Of a DNA stretch of 64,000 nt, positions 39,405 to 49,732 are shown one piece after another (position 1 is the first letter of the stretch; each line of letters starts with the position of its first letter). The stretch lies in assembly GCA_040400605.1 (NCBI GenBank), contig JBBAPZ010000005.1:64001-128000 (forward strand), in the 5' to 3' direction. The position numbers were made by a program, and so were the translations under genes. The notes beneath the pieces were generated by a model. That model was not told where the DNA came from and ran no database searches. It saw only the letters and a program-made list of their open reading frames with translations. The DNA is from Candidatus Sericytochromatia bacterium (GTDB lineage Bacteria; Cyanobacteriota; Sericytochromatia; S15B-MN24; JAQBPE01).

Positions 39405-40676
39405 TCAGGTTTCACTGGATGGGTCATAGCGTCTGAAGATGAGGCTCGCGTTGTGACCGCCAAAGCCCATGCTGTTGCTCAGCGCAAATTGAATCGAACC
39501 AGCCCGTGCGTGGTGTGGGATGTAGTCGAGGTCACATAACGGGTCCGGTTCATCGAGGTTGATGGTGGGGGGGATGATCTGATCCCTTAAGCAGAGGATG
39601 GTGGCGATCGCCTCAACCGCTCCCGCCGCCCCAATCAAATGGCCAATCATTGACTTGATGGAGGACACCGCCAATCGGGCCGCGTGGTCGCCAAAAACCT
39701 GTTTGATTGCCAGCGTTTCGCTGTGATCATTCAACATTGTTCCCGTTCCGTGCGCGTTGATGTAGTCGACTTGTGACGGCTCAATTGACGCCTGAGTCAA
39801 GCCCAGGCGCATGGCTCGTTGGCAACCGTCCGCGTCAGGCGGTGGCTGGGTCATGTGATAGGCGTCGCCGGTGGCGCCGTAGCCGACAATCTCGGCCAGG
39901 ATGGGGGCGTGACGGGCGCGAGCACGTGCCAGACATTCGAGCACCAGCACGCCGGCACCTTCGCCCATCACGAACCCGTCACGATCCTTGGCGAAGGGAC
40001 GAGATGCTTTGGTTGGATGACCTTGATAGGTTGAGAGTGCGCGGGCGGAGGCGAAGGCCGCGATGCCCAGTGGTGTGATCACAGCTTCCGCACCGCCTGC
40101 GAGCATGGCATCCGCTCGGCCATCCAGAATGGCTTGATAGGCTTCACCGATCGCATGGGTGCCGGATGCACAGGCCGTCACCGTACACAGATTGATGCCC
40201 CGCGCGCCGGTACTGATGGCAACCTGCCCACTCGCCATGTTGGGAATCAAAAGCGGTACCGTAAACGGGTTGACCCGCTGAGGACCCCGGTCGCGCAGCA
40301 CGGCCACCTGCTCTTCGATGACGCCCAATGCACCCATGCCAGACCCAATGTTGATGCCGATAACATGGCAGTTTGCTGGCGTGATGTCCAATTGCGCATT
40401 TTTAAGTGCTTCACGCGCCGCAGCTACCGCAAACTGGGTAAACCGTGCCATTCGACGTGCCTCTTTGCGATCCGGTATATGCGCATCCGCATCGAAATCC
40501 TTGACCTCAGCAGCAATCTGAACGGGAAATGCCGACGCGTCAAACAAGGTGATCGGACCCACACCACTGCGTCCCGCAAGCAAACCTTGCCAAAAGGTCT
40601 CGACATTCAACCCAATGGGGGTGACCGCACCCAGGCCGGTGACCACGACCCGCTTCGGTTGTGTTCCTCTGACCAT
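39405..40676 (-). CDS. fabF: Beta-ketoacyl-ACP synthase II
   Basis: RVVVTGLGAVTPIG, TACASG, NAHGTGT, KSMIGHL.GAAG, SNSMGFGGHN. Confidence 0.95.
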   Translation of the reverse strand: MVRGTQPKRVVVTGLGAVTPIGLNVETFWQGLLAGRSGVGPITLFDASAFPVQIAAEVKDFDADAHIPDRKEARRMARFTQFAVAAAREALKNAQLDITPANCHVIGINIGSGMGALGVIEEQVAVLRDRGPQRVNPFTVPLLIPNMASGQVAISTGARGINLCTVTACASGTHAIGEAYQAILDGRADAMLAGGAEAVITPLGIAAFASARALSTYQGHPTKASRPFAKDRDGFVMGEGAGVLVLECLARARARHAPILAEIVGYGATGDAYHMTQPPPDADGCQRAMRLGLTQASIEPSQVDYINAHGTGTMLNDHSETLAIKQVFGDHAARLAVSSIKSMIGHLIGAAGAVEAIATILCLRDQIIPPTINLDEPDPLCDLDYIPHHARAGSIQFALSNSMGFGGHNASLIFRRYDPSSET

Positions 40677-41135
40677 TTACAATGTCACCATCAGTGATTA
40701 TCAGCCTCTATACCCACCGGTTGTCGCCACGCAACGTGTCGTGTGAGACGTGAGCGGCCACGCGCGCTGGGGTGATGTGCCATGCGCAGCTTACCACGGT
40801 CGAATCAAGCGACACCAGTCGGTTTTGCCGCGGCACAAATCATGGTCAGATGCTGACGTTCTAAAAAAGGAATCCAGTCAGCGCAAGTGTTCATTCAAAG
40901 ACGTTCAGACAATGTTTTTGGCACTGTGACGGGTATTTTTGGTTTTTCACGACGGGTTGAGCAGATGTTATGACCACCGTGGCTGCTTGAGGGTTGCGTT
41001 TGTTGCGTGGGTGGCCAAGGTTTTGAATCCGGTGGGTTACCTTTGTTGGCTTGGCGATCGCCTGTCGGCGATTGTAGTAAAATCATGTGAGGTGTGGGGG
41101 CGATCGCTCCCACCAACGGATAAGGAGGCGCCAAC

Positions 41136-41669
41136 ATGTTTTCGCTCTTTCAGTCTTCAAAAGACCCTCAGGCGGCTGCGCGGAGCGCCTACGAGTTTTC
41201 TTTCAAAACCTTGGGTGCTGGCGAAACATTGCCGCTGAAGCAATTTGCCGGCCAAGTCATACTGGTCGTGAACACCGCGTCAAAATGCGGGCTCACGCCA
41301 CAGTACAAAGCGCTGGAAGAACTGTATTTGACCCATCGTGATCAGGGTTTGGTGGTGCTAGGCGTGCCAAGCAATGATTTTTTGGGGCAGGAGCCAGGCA
41401 GTGATGCTGACATTGCCGCATTTTGTGAGCGGCGGTTTGGCGTGACCTTTCCGCTTGCTTCGAAGGAACGGGTGGTAGGAGATGATGCGCACCCGTTTTA
41501 TGTCTGGGCGCGCCAGGTCTTCGGATTTTTGGGTGTTCCGCGTTGGAACTTTCACAAGTATCTGATCAACCGACAAGGGCACCTGGTTGATTTTTTTGTG
41601 CCCACGACCGGTCCGGATAGTGCGCGGGTGAAAGAGGCGATCGAAAAAGCCTTGGCGGAAGCACCTTGA
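41136..41669 (+). CDS. Glutathione peroxidase family
   Basis: VNTASKCGLTPQY, GVPSNDF.GQEPG, WNFHKYLI. Confidence 0.93.
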   Translation: MFSLFQSSKDPQAAARSAYEFSFKTLGAGETLPLKQFAGQVILVVNTASKCGLTPQYKALEELYLTHRDQGLVVLGVPSNDFLGQEPGSDADIAAFCERRFGVTFPLASKERVVGDDAHPFYVWARQVFGFLGVPRWNFHKYLINRQGHLVDFFVPTTGPDSARVKEAIEKALAEAP

Positions 41670-43201
41670 CGACTCTGCGTCTGGTTTTGGGTGATCAGTT
41701 GTCTGCTGATCTCGCCACGTTGCATGATTACCACACCGACGATGTCGTACTCATGTGTGAGGTCTCAGATGAAACCACCTACGTGAAGCATCATCCCAAA
41801 AAAATCGCGTTTGTCCTTGCGGCCATGCGCCATTTTGCGGCTGAGTTGGCCTCGCGGGGTTGGCAGCTCCGTTACGTTACGCTGACGGATCCCGCGAACA
41901 CGGGCAGCTTCACGGGGGAAGTGTCGCGAGCCGTACGGGATCTTGGCATCACGCATTTGATTGTCACCGAGCCTGGTGAATACAGGGTGCGTCAGATGAT
42001 CGATGCCTGGTCAACATGTTTGGGCATCACGGTCGAATGCCGCGCGGATGACCGGTTTTTATGCAGCTCGGATTGGTTCAAGCGTTGGGCGCGTGGCAAA
42101 AAGCAGTTGCGGATGGAGTATTTTTATCGCGCGATGCGTGAAACCCACGGTATTTTAATGGAAGGGGATGGTTCGCCATCGGGTGGGGCTTGGAACTACG
42201 ACAAAGAGAATCGTAAGCCGCCAAAGCGCGGCTTGACCTCACCCCAGCGGCTGCAACATCCACGGAGCACCATTTTGGACGCGGTCATCCAGTTGGTTGG
42301 GCAACGGTTCGCCGAGCACTTCGGCCAGCTCGAACCGTTTCATTTGGCCGTGACGCGCGAGCAAGCCCTGCGCGAACTGGACGACTTTGTTTCACGCATC
42401 TTGCCGCACTTTGGCGATTACCAGGATGCGATGGTGCGTGGTGAAGCGTTTCTCAATCATTCGCTCCTGTCCACCTACCTCAACGCCGGTCTGTTATTGC
42501 CCCTTGAGGTGTGCCGTCGTGCCGAACGGGCTTACCGCGAAGGCCAGGCCCCGCTACCGGCGGTGGAAGGTTTTATTCGCCAGATATTGGGTTGGCGTGA
42601 GTTTGTGCGGGGCATTTATTGGTTGCACATGCCCACTTATGGAACCCTCAACGTTTTACAGGCCGTCAGACCGTTGCCCGATTTTTATTGGGGTGCACCA
42701 ACCCATATGGCGTGTATGGCCGAAGCGGTTTCGCACACACGTATGCACGCCTATTCTCATCACATTCAGCGCTTGATGGTGACCGGCAATTTTGCATTGC
42801 TCGCAGGGTTGGATGTTAAGCAGGTTCAAGCGTGGTATCTGGCTGTATACAGTGATGCCTACGAATGGGTAGAGATGCCCAATACGCTTGGTATGGCGCT
42901 GTTCGGTGATGGGGGGATTGTGGGTAGCAAACCGTATGCGGCGAGCGGCAAGTACATCAAGAAGATGAGCAATTTTTGTGAGCAGTGTCGCTATGATCCA
43001 GACGAAACCGTGGGGGAGCTCGCTTGTCCCTTCAATGCCCTGTATTGGGATTTTATGGCGCGTCATCGTGCGCAGTTTGAGACGAATCCGCGTGTGTCGT
43101 TGGTGTTTGGCACGTGGGAGCGCATGGGTGAAACGCGCCAGGATGGGATTCGGCAGCAAGCGGCGCTGACGCTTGAGCGGATGCAACGGGGTGAATTGTA
43201 A
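41666..43201 (+). CDS. FeS-BCP cryptochrome / bacterial (6-4) photolyase (PhrB/CryB-like)
   Basis: LVLGDQL, HHPKKI, RMEYFYR, HHIQRLM and four Fe-S cysteines (MACM, FCEQC, ACPF). Confidence 0.92.
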   Translation: MTTLRLVLGDQLSADLATLHDYHTDDVVLMCEVSDETTYVKHHPKKIAFVLAAMRHFAAELASRGWQLRYVTLTDPANTGSFTGEVSRAVRDLGITHLIVTEPGEYRVRQMIDAWSTCLGITVECRADDRFLCSSDWFKRWARGKKQLRMEYFYRAMRETHGILMEGDGSPSGGAWNYDKENRKPPKRGLTSPQRLQHPRSTILDAVIQLVGQRFAEHFGQLEPFHLAVTREQALRELDDFVSRILPHFGDYQDAMVRGEAFLNHSLLSTYLNAGLLLPLEVCRRAERAYREGQAPLPAVEGFIRQILGWREFVRGIYWLHMPTYGTLNVLQAVRPLPDFYWGAPTHMACMAEAVSHTRMHAYSHHIQRLMVTGNFALLAGLDVKQVQAWYLAVYSDAYEWVEMPNTLGMALFGDGGIVGSKPYAASGKYIKKMSNFCEQCRYDPDETVGELACPFNALYWDFMARHRAQFETNPRVSLVFGTWERMGETRQDGIRQQAALTLERMQRGEL

Positions 43202-43405
43202 TGCCGCGTGGTGTGCAAAAGGCGCATTTACCGCAAAAGATCTGCATTGGCTGCGGGCGGCCGTTTACCTGGCGCAAAAAGTGGGCAAAAGTCTGGGATG
43301 CGGTGAAGTATTGCTCAAGGCGTTGCAGTGGCAACAAGCGCTGAAACCCTCGCTAAGGTACGCGTGTCGAGGCTATGACCACGCTGCTTGAGCGGATAGA
43401 TATTT

Positions 43406-44197
43406 TTATTCCCCGGTGAAAACGGGTTTGCGTTTCTCGCGAAAGGCTGCGAGGGCTTCGAGGCGATCGCGCGTCGGGATGGTGACTTCGTAAGCTTTCG
43501 CTTCGATGGCGAGACCGGTTTCCAAGTCAACTTCCAAACCGTGGTCGATGGCAAACTTGGCTTGGGCGATCGCAATCGGCCCCGTGTTGTCCACAATGCG
43601 CCTGGCCAATGCCCGCGCCGCATCCAACAACTCGGCAGCCGGTGCCACCTGCTCCACCAGTCCGATTTGCAATGCCTCTTGGGCGTCTACCCGGCGGCCA
43701 CTAAAGATGAGTTCCTTGGCTCGGCCTTTGCCGATCAAGCGCGGCAGCCGTTGGGTACCGCCCGCACCGGGTATGATGGCAAGCGTGGTCTCCGTCAGTC
43801 CCAATTTGGCGACGTCCGCCGCCACGCGCAAGTCGCAGGCCAAGGCCAGTTCACAACCACCACCCAAAGCCACCCCATTGATGGCTGCGATCACAGGGCA
43901 AGGCAAGCGTTCAATGCGCGTCATCAACGCGCGAATGCGGCGCAAGAAGCGACGCACCTCGGATGGCGCCATCCCCGCACGTTCCTTAAGGTCCGCCCCG
44001 GCGCAGAACGCGCGATCGCCCGCTCCCGTGATGATGACCGCCCGCACATCAGGCCTGTCATACAAATCGTCAATGGCTTCGCTTAATGCGTCTAGCAAAG
44101 CCACACTCAATGCATTCATTTGCTCCGGGCGCTGCAAAGTCAAGACGGCCACCCCGTCTGCGAGATCAACTGCCAGCGATTGCATCAGCATCTCCAT
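43406..44197 (-). CDS. Enoyl-CoA hydratase/isomerase (methylglutaconyl-CoA hydratase-like)
   Basis: AFCAGADLKER, ALGGG.ELALACD, IIPGAGGTQRLPRLIG. Confidence 0.93.
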   Translation of the reverse strand: MEMLMQSLAVDLADGVAVLTLQRPEQMNALSVALLDALSEAIDDLYDRPDVRAVIITGAGDRAFCAGADLKERAGMAPSEVRRFLRRIRALMTRIERLPCPVIAAINGVALGGGCELALACDLRVAADVAKLGLTETTLAIIPGAGGTQRLPRLIGKGRAKELIFSGRRVDAQEALQIGLVEQVAPAAELLDAARALARRIVDNTGPIAIAQAKFAIDHGLEVDLETGLAIEAKAYEVTIPTRDRLEALAAFREKRKPVFTGE

Positions 44198-44206
44198 CCC
44201 AGCGCC

Positions 44207-44824
44207 CTACAAACCAACCACAATGCCTGCAACCACTGCCGGATCCTCGGCTTGCGCATCCAGCATCACAAAAGCCAGATTAGCCTCGGGATACACCCAC
44301 GCCTCGACGTTGCCCCACGGCTTTTTGATTGGCGGCACACCATATTTGGCCGTAATACGAATGGCCGGATCCAATGGCCGAATCATTCGAGCGCTCAGCT
44401 CACGCGAGGGCGCCCACACCTGAATCTGCTCCACCCGTCCAGGATTTTTCTCTACCATCGAAAAACCAACCCGACTCGTCAAATGGGCTGCATTGTCGTG
44501 CTCATTCTCGGTAAGCTGCGACTCCGTGATCACTTCATATTCCCACCAGATGCGCCCTGCAAGCTGAAGGGATCTTGTCGGCGTACCCAAGTGACGCTTG
44601 ACCGTTTCAGATTCCTGCCCCAGCGTGATACCAGCCAAGCGTGATTCGCGCTCAACCATCGGGTTGATGCGATCGCTCGCACACGCGCGCAATAACGCAT
44701 ACGGCGTCTCCACACGCGCCAGTTGCATGACTCGCACCAACGGCGACACATCCTTGGGCGTCCCGGCACAACCGGCAAGCAACCCCATCACCACAGCAAT
44801 CCCAACGATACGCGCGGCCATCAC
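44207..44824 (-). CDS. Hypothetical lipoprotein
   Basis: Lipobox LLAGC; ATGA overlap with lspA. Confidence 0.7.
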   Translation of the reverse strand: MMAARIVGIAVVMGLLAGCAGTPKDVSPLVRVMQLARVETPYALLRACASDRINPMVERESRLAGITLGQESETVKRHLGTPTRSLQLAGRIWWEYEVITESQLTENEHDNAAHLTSRVGFSMVEKNPGRVEQIQVWAPSRELSARMIRPLDPAIRITAKYGVPPIKKPWGNVEAWVYPEANLAFVMLDAQAEDPAVVAGIVVGL

Positions 44825-45375
44825 GCATCCCCCGGCCGGGTGTCAAGCGTCGCCTCCGCTACCAAGGCAGCCTTTTCCTGACGACCCGCCATAAAACTAT
44901 ACAGCAACAAACACGCCACCCCAATATCAATGCAGATATCCGCAACGTTGAAAATCGGAAAAATGTTGCGGCCCCCGTACTGCAAATCAAACATGTCAAT
45001 CACATAACCCAGTCGGCTACGGTCCAACAAATTCCCCAATGCACCCCCCAGCAAAAATCCCAGCCCAATCATCTGCAACCACGCGCTGTGGCGCTCACGT
45101 ATGGCGTACAACACAATGCCACAAGCCACCAAGCCCGCAATTCCAATCAATAAATGTGTCTGCGACCAGAGCATGCTCCACGCGGCCCCAAAATTGCGCG
45201 TGTAGGTCAAGGCGAAATACCCCGGTATAAGCGGAATCGACGGATAGTGTAAAGCCATGTTGTTAATGACCCAAAACTTGAGCCACTGATCCAACCACAA
45301 CGCAAGAGCAGCACACGAAAACATGCTACCCAGCTTTAATCCAGTCTTGGAAATCACCCGGAGCCCCCACTTCAA
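44821..45375 (-). CDS. lspA: Signal peptidase II
   Basis: LDQWLK, N.GAAWS, GGALGNLLDR, VIDM, FNVAD. Confidence 0.93.
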   Translation of the reverse strand: MKWGLRVISKTGLKLGSMFSCAALALWLDQWLKFWVINNMALHYPSIPLIPGYFALTYTRNFGAAWSMLWSQTHLLIGIAGLVACGIVLYAIRERHSAWLQMIGLGFLLGGALGNLLDRSRLGYVIDMFDLQYGGRNIFPIFNVADICIDIGVACLLLYSFMAGRQEKAALVAEATLDTRPGDA

Positions 45376-45593
45376 ACCTGCACCAACATTCTAACACAAC
45401 CCCGTGTCGGCACGACGCATCAGCTTGCTGGTAATCAAGATAATATTTTTATCAGTTTTTTCGGTAAGCTTCCAAGGCGTGTGTCGGGCACGGTTTGATG
45501 CTATGAGATGTTGAATCAGCGTTTGTGTGATGTTGAACAGAAAAAGCCGCAGCTTGGTTGGCTGCGGCTGAAAAGGTTTTGCCCTGCTCAAGC

Positions 45594-46331
45594 TTAGCGC
45601 AATGGCGTGCTTGCTACGATGGTGCGGAGTTGTTTCTCGGCTTTTTTGAGGCGTCTGCAGACTTCCATTTGGGAGATTCCGAGGCGTCTTGAGAGTTCGG
45701 CTTGGGTGAGGTCGTCGAAATAGCGCATTTTGAGCAGTTCACGTTGGCCGTCTGGGAGCAGGTGCATGGCTTCGGTGAGGACAAGGCGTTCATCGCGGTC
45801 ATTCACCTGAGCCAACGAAGACGATGGATCCGCCAGCGTGCTTAACAATGAACGCTGTTCGTCTTCATCGCCGTCACCGCTTTCCTGGTCAAGCCACATC
45901 ACGGTCACGCGGCGATCATACACCCGCGCTTGATCGATAAGCTCCGTGGTGACATTCAGGGCCGCAGCCAATTCCTGATTGCTGGCTTCGCGGCCCAGTC
46001 TGTGCGACAACTCCTGCGTGACTTGCCGTAAGCGATAAGACAATTCCTGCAAGGCACGCGGACCCCTCACCAGTGTCTGGCGATCGCGCAAGTAATGACG
46101 AATGTGCCCTGTGATGAAATGCACAGCATACGTCTTGAATTCTGTGTTATGTCCAAGTTCATAACGATTGATCGCCTCCAGCAAGCCAATCGAACCCACT
46201 TGAATCAAGTCATCAACGGGGTCCGTACTCCGACGAGCCAGGCCACGAGCAATCTTATGAACAAGGGGTAAGTAATCATTAACCAATCTCTCTTTGACTT
46301 TAGGACTCGCGTCAGCGTACACCTTGTTCAT
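45594..46331 (-). CDS. Alternative sigma-70 factor, SigF/SigB/FliA-like
   Basis: DDLIQVGSIGLLEAINRY, F.TYA...I.GHIRHYLRD and region 4 HTH TQAELSRRLGISQMEVCR. AAGGAG precedes ATG 46331. Confidence 0.9.
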   Translation of the reverse strand: MNKVYADASPKVKERLVNDYLPLVHKIARGLARRSTDPVDDLIQVGSIGLLEAINRYELGHNTEFKTYAVHFITGHIRHYLRDRQTLVRGPRALQELSYRLRQVTQELSHRLGREASNQELAAALNVTTELIDQARVYDRRVTVMWLDQESGDGDEDEQRSLLSTLADPSSSLAQVNDRDERLVLTEAMHLLPDGQRELLKMRYFDDLTQAELSRRLGISQMEVCRRLKKAEKQLRTIVASTPLR

Positions 46332-46759
46332 TGAAGTCTCCTTTGATGAGCCACGATGTCCGGAATTTAATCCGAATTTGATCCTAGCCCATTCTTGACG
46401 CTGCTTCCAGTCAAGATTTGTGAAGCAAGGTGCTTTTTTATTAAGATAGTTTAAGCATTCCGGTGAGCGACATCCCAAGTTCCCCTGCATCGCAAGGGTT
46501 TTAGGCTGCTTTGAGCAAACAGCTCGTGAACATAAATCGAGCGTGTCATCAAACAAAGTTATTTTATGTTTAGATCCATGCTGTTTCTGGGGTTAGGGGG
46601 GGAGGTGCTCCTGATTCTGGCTGTTTGTGGCGCATTCATCATCAACGGATTGAGCCCAGTCGAGAATGACCGACCATGAAGGGCGCACCGTCTTTCGATG
46701 GCGTTGATAAGCGTTTACAATACGTTACAGGCGTTGGACCGGGCGTTTCCGGCGGTGTG

Positions 46760-47935
46760 TTACGGTTTTTGGATTGTCACCTCGACGGTGTTGGTTTGGT
46801 TTGCTAGCAGGCTGACGGTTTGTTGTTGGGGAATGAAACCCTTTGCGCGCGTGAAAAGGGTGTAGTCGCCCGGGTTGAGATCCGGGGCACGGTAGTTACC
46901 TTCGCTGTCGGTTTTGGCGTTGATGACGGGTAGCATGTCGTTGGCTGGGACCCATTCGAGGTTTGCGCCCATAACGGGTTGATTCTGAGGGTCCGTCACG
47001 TGGCACACAACGCCTGCGCGATTGAGTTTGGGTTCAATTATTGGCAGCGATTTTTTGGGCTTGATGCGGCTTGGGGGTTCCTCTTGCGGCACTTGGTGTT
47101 GTGTTTGATCTGACACGTCTAACCTGGGGGTCGCGATGTCGCCCTGGCTGCTTGGTGTTGGTTTGCGTCGCGTTTCAGGCTGGGTGTGATCACCCGTGTG
47201 CGTGTCAGGTGGTGCCTTGGGTGACGGCTCCGCCGCTGGATGACTCGTTTCACCGGTCAGTGGGTGTGGGGCATCCTTTGGGTGAATTGTTGCACGGGGT
47301 ATCGGGTGCGGGGCGCTCGTTGGAACGTTCTGCTCACGGGTAATGCTGCTGGCGTTTCTTGCTTGTGGTGGGAGTGGCAGGCCGTTGTTGTTTGGCGCGG
47401 CTTCTGGCTGGGCGAAAACGGGTAGCCCGGCGAAGGGTGATCGGGGGGCTGTTGGCGACGTTGCAAGTGGCGCGGTGTTGTCCTTTGCATTTGATTTAAG
47501 GTTTTGGATACTGGCTTGGTGGGCAGCCCAGGTTTTTTGTACGGCACGGTTGGCGCTGGAAGCATCTCGCCCGGGGCCGACCAGATGGCTGGTGCCTTTA
47601 AGGAGGAGCGGCAAGGGGCCAGAGGGTGCTTTGGGTGGCGGTGATGATGGGGCGGCGGGTGTTGGCACGGTTTCCCATGGCAGGCTTTCATTAAACAGGT
47701 TGTCCAGCGGTGTGGTGCGACGATGACGCCAGAACGTGTCGCTGCTGAGGCTGCGGGTGTCGGGTGGCGGTGGTTGGGTTGGCGGTGCGGTCGTGGTGGG
47801 TGTTGTGTCTGGATCAGACTGGGTGCCAGATTGGCCGCGCTGGCCTTGTTGGTCGTAGCGACCGATGACCCCCTCACCGGTGAGGGGGTTGGGGCGGTTG
47901 GACGGATTGAGGGGTGTGAACTCCGTGGACATCAA
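46760..47935 (-). CDS. Pro/Thr-rich protein with C-terminal carboxypeptidase-regulatory-like (CnaB-type) domain
   Basis: Long low-complexity region, then VTDPQNQPVMGA...TDSEGNYRAPDLNPGDYTL...AKGF. Confidence 0.7.
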   Translation of the reverse strand: MMSTEFTPLNPSNRPNPLTGEGVIGRYDQQGQRGQSGTQSDPDTTPTTTAPPTQPPPPDTRSLSSDTFWRHRRTTPLDNLFNESLPWETVPTPAAPSSPPPKAPSGPLPLLLKGTSHLVGPGRDASSANRAVQKTWAAHQASIQNLKSNAKDNTAPLATSPTAPRSPFAGLPVFAQPEAAPNNNGLPLPPQARNASSITREQNVPTSAPHPIPRATIHPKDAPHPLTGETSHPAAEPSPKAPPDTHTGDHTQPETRRKPTPSSQGDIATPRLDVSDQTQHQVPQEEPPSRIKPKKSLPIIEPKLNRAGVVCHVTDPQNQPVMGANLEWVPANDMLPVINAKTDSEGNYRAPDLNPGDYTLFTRAKGFIPQQQTVSLLANQTNTVEVTIQKP

Positions 47936-48044
47936 TGCGCCTCAAGTGGTCTTCGTGTGATTGCTATTCCTCATCACGAGGTCGTTTCATTCGAGTCTAG
48001 GCCCTCCACCGCGACGATTGTTCCATCGAAATGCCTGGCGGCCT
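47832..48044. repeat. 213-bp direct repeat, copy 1
   Basis: Matches 49520-49732 without gaps (offset 1688), about 8 mismatches by hand count. Confidence 0.95.
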
Positions 48045-48084
48045 GCTCGACAAGCTGGTCCTCAGTGTATGCGTTGGGGCTCAT
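47974..48084 (-). pseudogene. Chimeric 36-aa ORF: HsdR-like N-terminus fused to the duplicated C-terminus of the 82-aa gene
   Basis: MSPNAYTEDQLVEQ|AARHFDGTIVAVEGLDSNETTS with an ATGA overlap on the yhcG stop. AYTEDQLVEQ recalls type I HsdR N-termini. Confidence 0.65.
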
Positions 48085-49184
48085 GCATCCTCCACTTGGG
48101 TTTCGTCTGCCAATGCCTGCTCGATTGATTCGATACTGGGCAGGCTTGTTTGCAACTCAGCCGGGAGCGCACGGGTCAGTTCAAACGCCGAGACGCCGAT
48201 CGGTTTGTCGATGCCACGCAGCGCATATTCTGCCAGCACGCGATTGGGCTGTTGGCATAAAATCAGGCCAATGGTCGGTGCATCGCTCGAATGGCGCAAG
48301 TGGTCATCAACCACATTGCAGTAAAAGTTCACCTTCCCTGCGTATTCAGGTTTGAAATCGCCGCGTTTTAGATCAATCACCACAAAACACCGCAACTTCA
48401 AATGGTAGAACAACAGGTCGATATAGAAGTCTTGCCCGCCGAGATCCAAGTGGTACTGTCGGCCGACAAAAGCAAAACCTTGCCCAAGTTCAAGCAGAAA
48501 CTTTTCCAGATGGACAACGAGGCCAGTCTCAAGCTCCTTTTCGTGGAAGCCTGCGGTGAGCGTGAGAAAGTCGAAAATGTACGGGTCCTTGAGCGTTTGT
48601 TGGACCAGATCGGACTCAGGCGGCGGCAAGCGCATAGCGAAGTTGCTGGTGGTCTTACCCAGCCTGTGATGCACAGCCGACTCGATTTGCATCACCAAAA
48701 TGTTGCGGCTCCAGCCATGCTCGACGGCGGCCTGCATGTACCAAAGTCGCGTTACGGGGTCTTTTACCTTAGCCATCAACTCGGCGTGATGGCCCCAGGG
48801 CAGCGCCATTAGGAGATCCGTCGAGAAAAGTGCCGCTGACTGTGGCACTTTTACAGCCGACTCCGTTTGTGCCACAGGCTGTGGCACAAAGTTCAAGTAG
48901 GAATACTCGCGGTAGAAGGCCAGCATGCGCTTGATGTTGCGCTCGGAAAACCCTTTTTCCTCAGGCAGTTCGTTATGAAGGTCGCGGGCAAGACGGGGAA
49001 TCACGCCCGAGCCCCAACCTTCCTGTTGCTGGCGCTGGTGAATCAGGCCACCAATGTCCCAGTACAGGCGGATCAGCTCCGCATTCACTGCCAGTACGGC
49101 ACGTGATTGGGCATACCGCACACGCGTCTTGATTTCCGCCAGCAACGGACCGTAAACAGCGGGTAAGGGGGTTGCGTCAGTCAT
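48081..49184 (-). CDS. YhcG/DUF1016 family PD-(D/E)XK nuclease-like protein
   Basis: VNAEL..LYW.IG, GFSERN...M..FY, KDPYIFDFL, FLLELGQGFAFVGRQ, IDLLFYH..LRC.VVIDLK. Confidence 0.93.
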   Translation of the reverse strand: MTDATPLPAVYGPLLAEIKTRVRYAQSRAVLAVNAELIRLYWDIGGLIHQRQQQEGWGSGVIPRLARDLHNELPEEKGFSERNIKRMLAFYREYSYLNFVPQPVAQTESAVKVPQSAALFSTDLLMALPWGHHAELMAKVKDPVTRLWYMQAAVEHGWSRNILVMQIESAVHHRLGKTTSNFAMRLPPPESDLVQQTLKDPYIFDFLTLTAGFHEKELETGLVVHLEKFLLELGQGFAFVGRQYHLDLGGQDFYIDLLFYHLKLRCFVVIDLKRGDFKPEYAGKVNFYCNVVDDHLRHSSDAPTIGLILCQQPNRVLAEYALRGIDKPIGVSAFELTRALPAELQTSLPSIESIEQALADETQVEDA

Positions 49185-49356
49185 AACAATGCCCTTTAGC
49201 CAGATTCGCGCCCAATTCGGAGGGGATCCAACAAACTGTCAGACGATTTTGCAAAATGTACAAGTCTTCCCTTATACCAGTGCGTCTGTTAAGTGATCAG
49301 CCAGATAGCAGCCTGCGCAACAAGTTGGCCTGCGGTGTCGGCGTGGTTCATCTTTT

Positions 49357-49620
49357 TTAGCTTCCCACGATTGCAACAAAAAAGTCGCTATTGCTCCCGT
49401 AAGATTCACTGCCAATGCTACGCGCCTCTTCGCGGGCTTGGTTCCGGCTGAGCTTGCCCCGATTTGGTGGACAGATGATTAAGCAACTTGCCGGATGATT
49501 CCGACGTTCTTTACCACAATGGCCGCGCTGGCCTTGTTGGTCGTAGCGGCCGATGACCCCCTCACCGGTGAGGGGGTTTTGGCGGTTCGACGGATTGAGG
49601 GGGGTGAACTCCGTGGACAT
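49357..49620 (-). pseudogene. Truncated duplicate of the 5' end of the 46760-47935 gene
   Basis: First about 33 codons nearly identical (MSTEFTPLNPSNR.NPLTGEGVIGRYDQQGQRG), then unrelated sequence beyond the repeat boundary at 49520. Confidence 0.75.
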
Positions 49621-49732
49621 CGCTGTGCCTCAAGTGGTCTTCGTGTGATTGCTATTCCTCATCACGAGGTCGTTTCATTCGAGTCTAGGCCCTCCACCGC
49701 GACGATTGTTCCATCGAAATGCCTGGCGGCCT
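49520..49732. repeat. 213-bp direct repeat, copy 2
   Basis: Matches 47832-48044. Confidence 0.95.

Noticed and set aside
43506..44423. 305-aa plus-strand ORF and similar long shadow ORFs (e.g. 12393-13157, 55757-56509)
   Set aside because: Antisense to well-supported genes; expected in GC-rich coding DNA.
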